This document shows positions 17,060-23,069 of a DNA stretch of 23,069 nucleotides, one piece after another. A program made the position numbers and the translations under genes. Under the pieces are notes generated by a model. The model did no database searches, had not been told where the DNA came from, and was given only the letters and a program-made list of their open reading frames with translations. This DNA comes from an uncultured Pseudomonadota bacterium (lineage in GTDB: Bacteria; SAR324; NAC60-12). How positions within the stretch are numbered: the stretch's first letter is position 1; the number at the start of each line of letters is the position of its first letter. The stretch spans positions 1 to 23,069 of the forward strand of contig CAJWCD010000047.1 of the NCBI GenBank assembly GCA_913020725.1. The letters run 5' to 3'.

Positions 17060-18039
17060 CCCCTCTTTCCTCGGTACGCCCGTACCATCGTTTCCAGCAG
17101 CGTCTGCACAGCACTGTGCTGTGGACTCCAGCCCAGTATTTGTTTGGCCTGCTCGGCACTAGCCAACACCACAGCGGGATCCCCTCTGCGTCGTCCAGTC
17201 CGTCGAACCACAAAATCGACTCCGGAAATCTCTCGTGCTGCTGCCACAATTTCAAGCACGCTCAGGCCATTTGATGTGCCCAAATTGACGGTCAAATCCT
17301 GAGCTTCTGTGTTCAGATACCGCAATGCTCGAACATGGGCATCGGCCAAGTCGCTGACATGGATGTAGTCGCGGATGCAACTGCCGTCCGGAGTGTCGTA
17401 GTCCGTGCCGAAAACTTCAATATGCGGACGCCGACCGCTGATGGTTTCCAACACAATGGGCAGCAGGTTGTTGGGGTCTTGCTCCAAACCCCGGATTTCG
17501 CCATCAACATCGTAGCCCGCCGCGTTGAAATAACGCAGGCTGGCGAAGCGCAGACCCCGGAGTTTGCTGTACCATGCCAAGATACGCTCGATCTCTAGTT
17601 TGGTGAATCCGTAGAAATTGACCGGCTCCGTCGGGTGCGCCTCGTCCATCGGAGTGTACTTCGGTTCCCCATATACGGCAGCGCTGGAGGAAAAGACGAT
17701 GTGCTGGACTCCTGCCTCGGTGGCTGCGTTGAGCAGATTGAGGGTGCCGGAAAGGTTGTGGGTGGCGTAGCGTTCCGGCTGCACCATCGACTCCCCTGCC
17801 GCCTTGAGTGCTGCGAGATGGATAATGGCATCGATCCCGGACATCGCGGCACGGATTTGCTCTGGAAGCAGGAGATCCCCGTGAATGAACTCGAATCCAT
17901 CGAGCAGGTTGACGCGCTGGCCGCTACTGAGGTTGTCGAAAACAACAGGTTGGTCTCCGGAATCCCGCAATGCTTTCGCAACATGCGAGCCGATGTAGCC
18001 CGCCCCGCCGACCACAAGAATACGATATCCGGAACTCAT
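17056..18039 (-). CDS. galE: UDP-glucose 4-epimerase
   Basis: GGAGYIGSH, HLAALKAAGES, FSSSAAVYG, YGFTK, LRYFNAAG and FGTDYDTPDGSCIRDYIHVSDLADAH. Confidence 0.95.
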   Translation of the reverse strand: MSSGYRILVVGGAGYIGSHVAKALRDSGDQPVVFDNLSSGQRVNLLDGFEFIHGDLLLPEQIRAAMSGIDAIIHLAALKAAGESMVQPERYATHNLSGTLNLLNAATEAGVQHIVFSSSAAVYGEPKYTPMDEAHPTEPVNFYGFTKLEIERILAWYSKLRGLRFASLRYFNAAGYDVDGEIRGLEQDPNNLLPIVLETISGRRPHIEVFGTDYDTPDGSCIRDYIHVSDLADAHVRALRYLNTEAQDLTVNLGTSNGLSVLEIVAAAREISGVDFVVRRTGRRRGDPAVVLASAEQAKQILGWSPQHSAVQTLLETMVRAYRGKRG

Positions 18040-18566
18040 GGCTGTGATCTCCTCCTTTGCACAAGGAAGGCGTGGGATTTTTGCGGGTCGTTGGATTCCT
18101 CGACGATTTCGTAGAGAATGCCGAAGGGGGAATCGTCTTTGGACTTGGGGTGGATGAAGAAGACGGTGGTTCCACGAGAACCGGGGCGTGGCGCCTCATC
18201 CACAACGCGGAAGCCGTTTTCCCGGAACCAGTCGAACGCAACTTGTGCATCCTGCACCCGGAAGCCGACATGCGCCACGCCACCACGACCTCCATTGCGG
18301 TCGATCTGTTTTTGCGCAGGGGAGTCTGGAGAGGTCGGTTCCAGAAGCTGAATCAGGTTGGGACTATTGCCGATCTGGAGCAGCACCTCCCGAACTTGGT
18401 CGCGCCCCCTCATTTCCTCGCGGTGCAACTCCCGAAAGCCCAGCGCCGTGTATGCAGCAACCTGCCCCTCCAACTCTCCCGGAAGCACAGCAATTGCAAT
18501 GTGATCGACGAAAAGCAGGCCGGGCACTTGCTCCAACCCGGAAGTTGCAAAATCTTGGAGACTCAA
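18036..18566 (-). CDS. mce: Methylmalonyl-CoA epimerase-like VOC family protein
   Basis: DHIAIAV, IQLLEPTSPDSP, GGVAHVGFRV, PRPGSRGTTVFFIHPKS and GILYEIVE give a His/Gln/His/Glu metal-ligand set. TTG start; ATGA overlap with galE. Confidence 0.8.
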   Translation of the reverse strand: MSLQDFATSGLEQVPGLLFVDHIAIAVLPGELEGQVAAYTALGFRELHREEMRGRDQVREVLLQIGNSPNLIQLLEPTSPDSPAQKQIDRNGGRGGVAHVGFRVQDAQVAFDWFRENGFRVVDEAPRPGSRGTTVFFIHPKSKDDSPFGILYEIVEESNDPQKSHAFLVQRRRSQP

Positions 18567-18569
18567 CGC

Positions 18570-20825
18570 TCAATGCTCCTCGACAATCTTGATGTCGCCG
18601 GTGTGGGGCAGTTTGAAGTGGGGCTGGGACTCGGAAACCTCCGCAGGCTCCAACTGGAACTGATAGACAATGTTGCGACGCGGCGGTGTGAAGCGGATGG
18701 TGAGCTGGCGGATGTTCGTGCCCAACCCCCGTGTCCGGGCCACCACAACGTAGAAGTAGTTCGGCGCGTTGAAGGTCACGCGGCCCTCCAACTGAACCTG
18801 CTGGCCGCCATCGTTCACCGCCTTGATTTGCAAGTCAGTTCCTAGAGCCACCTGACGGGTGTGTGAGACGGTCAGCTTGGGATTATCAGAAGTGAAGCCC
18901 AGCTTCTGCCGAACGGCAACCAACGCCTGAAGCCGGGATTCGTCAATCTCGTCCAACTCCTCCAACGTCTGTTCATAGCGCTCAATTTTCTCCAGCACGA
19001 GGGCGTAGTCCTTCTCCTTCGTGAGCCGTGACATCTCCCACAGCACTTGGGCTTCTTCCTCGGTGAGTTTGTACTTGACCTGCGCACGCTTCATCAGGAT
19101 GACTTGGGCCTGCTGGTAGAGAGCGTCCTTGAAGGGATCAATCTCGGCTTGATCCGAGGTGTAGTAGATGTTGAGGTTCCCTCGGTCCGTGTCTTCCCAG
19201 AAGGTCTTGCCCGCAAACCGCAACCGTGCCGCAGTCATCTCAATGACCCTCCGGAACGTCTCCTCATCCAAAATGTGGAGGTCGTCCAAAACGTCGGTGG
19301 TGATGCGATTCACATAGTCCATCTTCCGGTGCCGATGGTAGAAAAGCGCCAGCGCCATCTGCACCACCCGGACTCCGTTGTTGATGAGAACCCCCTGTGA
19401 GAGGTCCTCCTTGTTGAAATCCGGAGGATTGTCCACCTGCAAAATCTCGTTGAGCAGCCCGTTCTGAAGCTCGTTGTCCCAGTTTTCTTCAAAGATGCGC
19501 TCCAGCACCTTGCGCATCTCGGTCGCCACCACATCAACAATGAAGTACATTGCGGGGGCGGTGCTGCCGTGTTTGAAGATTTCCACCCCGTAAATCCTAA
19601 AGTACATGAAGCACTTCTTGACGAACGCATCACGCTTGTAGTCCACCAGATAATTGACGAAGTTTCCGTAGTAGAAGATGAGGTTGTAGAGGTTGCGGGG
19701 TTCGTTGTTGCGAATGGCGTGCTTGATGGCAAAGCGCAGAAGTGTGTTGAAGCGAATGATGATAATCTCCACCATCTCATCGTCCCCAAGCTCAATGGCC
19801 TTGAGTCCCATCTCGCTGACTTCCCCGGCAACCAGTGAAGAGAGATCGAACTCTCCTCGTTCCAACAAGCGGATGAACACATTGCCGAGTAGTCGGTAAC
19901 ACTTCTGCTCGTAGAAACTCCGGGTCTTCTCCATGTCTCCGAATTGCCCGACCATGGTCTTGTAGGAGATGTCGTTCTTGATCCTTTGCTGCACTTCAAA
20001 AAAACGAGGGTCGAACCCCTGTTTGATTTCCATGTAGTCCCGGACGGTCTCCCCCATGTCGTTGATGATGTCGGCTTTCAACTCCTTGAACGAAACATAC
20101 TCCAGAATGTCGTCAAGTTGGTTCAGTGACTCAAAGATTTCATACTGGTAGTGCTCCACCACTTTTTTATCATTCATCAACGCCTTGATCCTTGGAAACG
20201 TGAGGGAGCGGATACGGTCCATGTTATTCGAGTGGATGCGGTTGATGATGTTGGTGGGCTTGGTGTAGCGCAGGATGTAGAAGACGTAAGGGAAGGAGAT
20301 GAGAGCGCAGACGGTGAGCAGGATATGGGTGTTGAACACCCGGCTCGACTCGCGCATCAGGTTGATCTCACCGTAGAGTTTGATGAGCAGTGCGTGTCCT
20401 CCACAGACGATCAGGAACCAGACATAAAGCAGGCTGGGCAGATCTTTCATGTAGAGGTCAATGAGCTTGGGGATGCTCTGCGATGCAATCGAAATCACCA
20501 GAATGAGAGTGCCCAGCACCAATCCCAGCAACGCCTGCCAGACTTCCGGGGTGAAGCCGATGTCCACCTCCGTGAACTTCCCCGGTTGTACGCCAGAGAG
20601 CGTCTCGACCAACGAGACATAAGGTTCAAACAGGAAGTTGTCGAAAATGATATCGAAGAGCACAACTCCAATTAAGATGAAGAAGAATGACGCACTCGAG
20701 CGGCGTTCGTCAGCAAACTCGATGAAGCGGTAGAGAAAGTGGTAGAAGCCTTGGTGGTCTTCCTCCTGCTTGGGGGATTCTACCAAAGCTTGGGCTTGGG
20801 GATCAATTTCAAGTGCTTGTTCCAT
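18570..20825 (-). CDS. Membrane protein: DUF2254-like N-terminal TM region, helical cytoplasmic region, C-terminal PilZN/YcgR-N-like module
   Basis: About 4 N-terminal TMs with LVISIASQSIPKLIDLY and FPYVFYILRYTKPTNII (DUF2254-like pattern), a long helical region and a beta-rich C-terminus. Domain calls are by eye. Confidence 0.7.
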   Translation of the reverse strand: MEQALEIDPQAQALVESPKQEEDHQGFYHFLYRFIEFADERRSSASFFFILIGVVLFDIIFDNFLFEPYVSLVETLSGVQPGKFTEVDIGFTPEVWQALLGLVLGTLILVISIASQSIPKLIDLYMKDLPSLLYVWFLIVCGGHALLIKLYGEINLMRESSRVFNTHILLTVCALISFPYVFYILRYTKPTNIINRIHSNNMDRIRSLTFPRIKALMNDKKVVEHYQYEIFESLNQLDDILEYVSFKELKADIINDMGETVRDYMEIKQGFDPRFFEVQQRIKNDISYKTMVGQFGDMEKTRSFYEQKCYRLLGNVFIRLLERGEFDLSSLVAGEVSEMGLKAIELGDDEMVEIIIIRFNTLLRFAIKHAIRNNEPRNLYNLIFYYGNFVNYLVDYKRDAFVKKCFMYFRIYGVEIFKHGSTAPAMYFIVDVVATEMRKVLERIFEENWDNELQNGLLNEILQVDNPPDFNKEDLSQGVLINNGVRVVQMALALFYHRHRKMDYVNRITTDVLDDLHILDEETFRRVIEMTAARLRFAGKTFWEDTDRGNLNIYYTSDQAEIDPFKDALYQQAQVILMKRAQVKYKLTEEEAQVLWEMSRLTKEKDYALVLEKIERYEQTLEELDEIDESRLQALVAVRQKLGFTSDNPKLTVSHTRQVALGTDLQIKAVNDGGQQVQLEGRVTFNAPNYFYVVVARTRGLGTNIRQLTIRFTPPRRNIVYQFQLEPAEVSESQPHFKLPHTGDIKIVEEH

Positions 20826-20841
20826 TTTCCTTCAATTCAAA

Positions 20842-22056
20842 TCAGTTCCGATCTGGGATCACGGTCACTCCGGGGAGTTCTCGTCCTTCCAGAAATTCTA
20901 GGGACGCGCCACCGCCTGTGGAAATGTGTGAGACGTGTTCGGCGAGTCCGGATTGCTGCACAGCGGCGACAGAATCCCCCCCGCCGACCACCGTGACGGC
21001 CCCCCCAGCAGTTGCTTGCGCGAGAGCCTGTGCGACACCAACCGTTCCGGCAGCAAAAGGTAGAATCTCAAACACGCCTAGCGGCCCATTCCAAAACACC
21101 GTCTTTGCGTTCTGCACCACACTTTTGTAGGCCGCGAGCGTTTGCGGCCCAATATCGAGAAGTTTCCAGCCCTCCGGAACACCATCCGGCAGTGCCACAG
21201 TTTTCGTTTCCACGTCTGCTTTGAGTGCTTGCGCAAGCACACCATCCGTGGGCAAATGCAATTGCACTCCTCGGTTCCGGGCCTGTTCAACCAACCCCGC
21301 CGCGAGGTCCAACGACTCATCATCTACCAAGGAATCACCCAATGCAAAGCCTTGCGCAGCCAAAAACGTGTTAGCCATGCCTCCGCCAATCACCAACGCC
21401 TGCACCCGTTCCATCAAGTTCTCAATCACCTTGAGCTTGTCCGAAATCTTTGCACCTCCCAGAACGGCCACATAGGGCTGTCTCGGATTCTCCAGCAAAC
21501 CTCCCAGAAAATCCAGTTCCTTGCGAATCAGGTAGCCTAGTGCGGCAATGGGTAGGAACTTGACCACTCCGGCAGTGGAGGCGTGGGCGCGGTGGGCGGT
21601 GCCAAAAGCATCGTTGACGTACACATCACCCAGCTTTGCCAGTTGCCGACAAAACTCCGGATCGTTCTTGGTCTCGGCTTTGTGATAGCGCAAGTTTTCC
21701 AAAAGCAGCACCTCCCCGTCCTGCAGCGCCTGAACTTGGGCTTCCACCTCTGCGCCAACACAATCCGGAGCCAGCGTAACAGAAGCCCCAAGGAGCCGGG
21801 ACAACTCTTCCGCTACAGGCCTGAGACTCAGTTCGGGGACTTTCTCTCCACCGGGACGACCAAGGTGGGACATCAACACAGCACGACCACCCTGCTCCAC
21901 AATGCGGCGGATGGTGGACAACGCCTGCCTGACCCGGTTGTTGTCCGTCACGCGCTGTTTCGCGTCCAGCGGCACGTTGAAATCCACCCGCGTCAGGACA
22001 CGCTGCCCCCGAAAGTTCAAATCTTCAAAAAAGGTTTTCCGCACCCAATACGACAT
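20842..22056 (-). CDS. pgk: Phosphoglycerate kinase
   Basis: RVDFNVPL, MSHLGRP, LLENLRY, VNDAFGTAHRAHAS, GGAKISDK, WNGPLGVFE and ISTGGGASLEFLEG. Confidence 0.98.
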   Translation of the reverse strand: MSYWVRKTFFEDLNFRGQRVLTRVDFNVPLDAKQRVTDNNRVRQALSTIRRIVEQGGRAVLMSHLGRPGGEKVPELSLRPVAEELSRLLGASVTLAPDCVGAEVEAQVQALQDGEVLLLENLRYHKAETKNDPEFCRQLAKLGDVYVNDAFGTAHRAHASTAGVVKFLPIAALGYLIRKELDFLGGLLENPRQPYVAVLGGAKISDKLKVIENLMERVQALVIGGGMANTFLAAQGFALGDSLVDDESLDLAAGLVEQARNRGVQLHLPTDGVLAQALKADVETKTVALPDGVPEGWKLLDIGPQTLAAYKSVVQNAKTVFWNGPLGVFEILPFAAGTVGVAQALAQATAGGAVTVVGGGDSVAAVQQSGLAEHVSHISTGGGASLEFLEGRELPGVTVIPDRN

Positions 22057-22194
22057 GGCCCTCTAGAAAAGCAGCACTACAAATGCGAAAATGATCGGCG
22101 ACCCTCATGGAATGTTCAAGCTGAGAAGCATTTGCAGAGCATGCCGTTCACCGGAAACCGGAATGAGGAGTGAGAATAGAGTCCGTTGATCTTC

Positions 22195-23069
22195 CTACTC
22201 CAGCACCAAATTATTCTGGAGCCAGAGGTCCAAGGACTGATGCAACTGCCGAAGCTCCGGATCGTCCGGGAGGTCGTAGTCGTTAATGGTGGAAAGCGCC
22301 CGCTTCATCTTCTTCGCTCCGACGAGGACCGACATGATCCCGGAGATCTTGAGAGCTTTCCGTTGCTCCTCCGGGGTGCGATTGGCAAGGTCCTCATCAA
22401 GGAGTTGCAAGGTTTTCTCGTAGTCTCCCGCACGGTTGGCCTGCTCGACTTCACTAAGTAACTCCGGATACTTGCGAACCTTGAGCGCAGCCACTCGTTC
22501 CCGTTCAGTCAGCTTGATCGCCAAAGCGACGGCAAGCGCCTCTTCATCCAAATTGACAGGTGAGGGTTTGATTTTGCTGCTCAAGCGGTCGGCCAGTTGT
22601 TTCTCGTTGATGCGAGACTTGATTTGGGTGGAGAGGCGCTTGGCGAGGGCCTTGTCATCCACCACCGGCTTGATCTGCTTGGACAGGCGTGCCGCCAAGG
22701 CTTCGTCGTCCACGATGGGCTTCACCTTGCTGGACAACTGCTCGGCCAGTAGCCCATCATCGACCAGCCGCCGAGCCAGTGCCTGTTCATCCACCACCGG
22801 CTTGACCTGCTTGGACAAACGTTTGGCAAGAGCTTCGTCATCCACCACGGGCTTGATTTGACCCGAGAGACGCGCTGCCAGTGCCTCGTCATCGACCACT
22901 GGGCGGATCTTCTTCGATAACTGCTCAGCCAGTAGCCCATCATCCACCAAGCGCCTCACAAGAGCTTCGTGATCAACCACGGGCTTGATCTGACCGGAAA
23001 GGCGCTTGGCAAGGGCTTCGTCGTCCACCACCGGCTTGATTTGACCGGAAAGGCGCTTGGCGAGAGCTT
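22195..23069 (-). CDS. Tandem-repeat protein of unknown function with C-terminal helical/TPR-like domain; 5' end outside window
   Basis: The frame stays open to the window edge (ALAKRLSGQIKP precedes the ORF-track start). Repeats VVDDEALAKRLSGQIKP; C-terminal ANRAGDYEKTLQLLDE. Confidence 0.85.
   Translation of the reverse strand, partial: ALAKRLSGQIKPVVDDEALAKRLSGQIKPVVDHEALVRRLVDDGLLAEQLSKKIRPVVDDEALAARLSGQIKPVVDDEALAKRLSKQVKPVVDEQALARRLVDDGLLAEQLSSKVKPIVDDEALAARLSKQIKPVVDDKALAKRLSTQIKSRINEKQLADRLSSKIKPSPVNLDEEALAVALAIKLTERERVAALKVRKYPELLSEVEQANRAGDYEKTLQLLDEDLANRTPEEQRKALKISGIMSVLVGAKKMKRALSTINDYDLPDDPELRQLHQSLDLWLQNNLVLE
22520..23069 (-). repeat. Coding tandem repeat array, 51-bp (17-aa) unit with a 183-bp higher-order period
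   Basis: About 10 units of (V/I)VD(D/E)xALAxRLSxQIKP. Two units carry an extra 10-aa sub-unit, and cagtagcccatcatc recurs at 22747 and 22930. Confidence 0.9.

Noticed and set aside
22520..23069. Possible CRISPR array
   Set aside because: Units are degenerate, in-frame multiples of 3 with synonymous variation and no unique spacers; no cas genes are present. It is a coding repeat.

Overview
A 23 kb bacterial chromosomal window of mostly core genes; gene content and protein style suggest a delta-proteobacteria-like lineage such as SAR324, which is an inference only. Left, on the minus strand: fliF-fliH-fliI with no fliG between them, then a signal-peptide-bearing caspase (C14)/helical-repeat/FGE-sulfatase protein that runs off the left edge and is absent from the ORF track. 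Middle, on the plus strand: an MFS permease, then ftsH-psd-fabI and a FabX/nitronate-monooxygenase-family flavoprotein. These are followed by a reduced translation cluster: tRNA-Thr(UGU), an atypical tRNA-Tyr(GUA), tRNA-Thr(GGU), rpmG, tRNA-Trp, secE, nusG, rplK, rplA, L10 leader, rplJ, rplL. This cluster has no tRNA-Gly, no tuf and no downstream rpoBC. Right, on the minus strand: a 17-aa tandem-repeat protein entering from the right edge, then a tightly packed run of pgk, a DUF2254-like membrane protein with a PilZN-like tail, methylmalonyl-CoA epimerase and galE. I saw no CRISPR array, IS element, prophage or rRNA.
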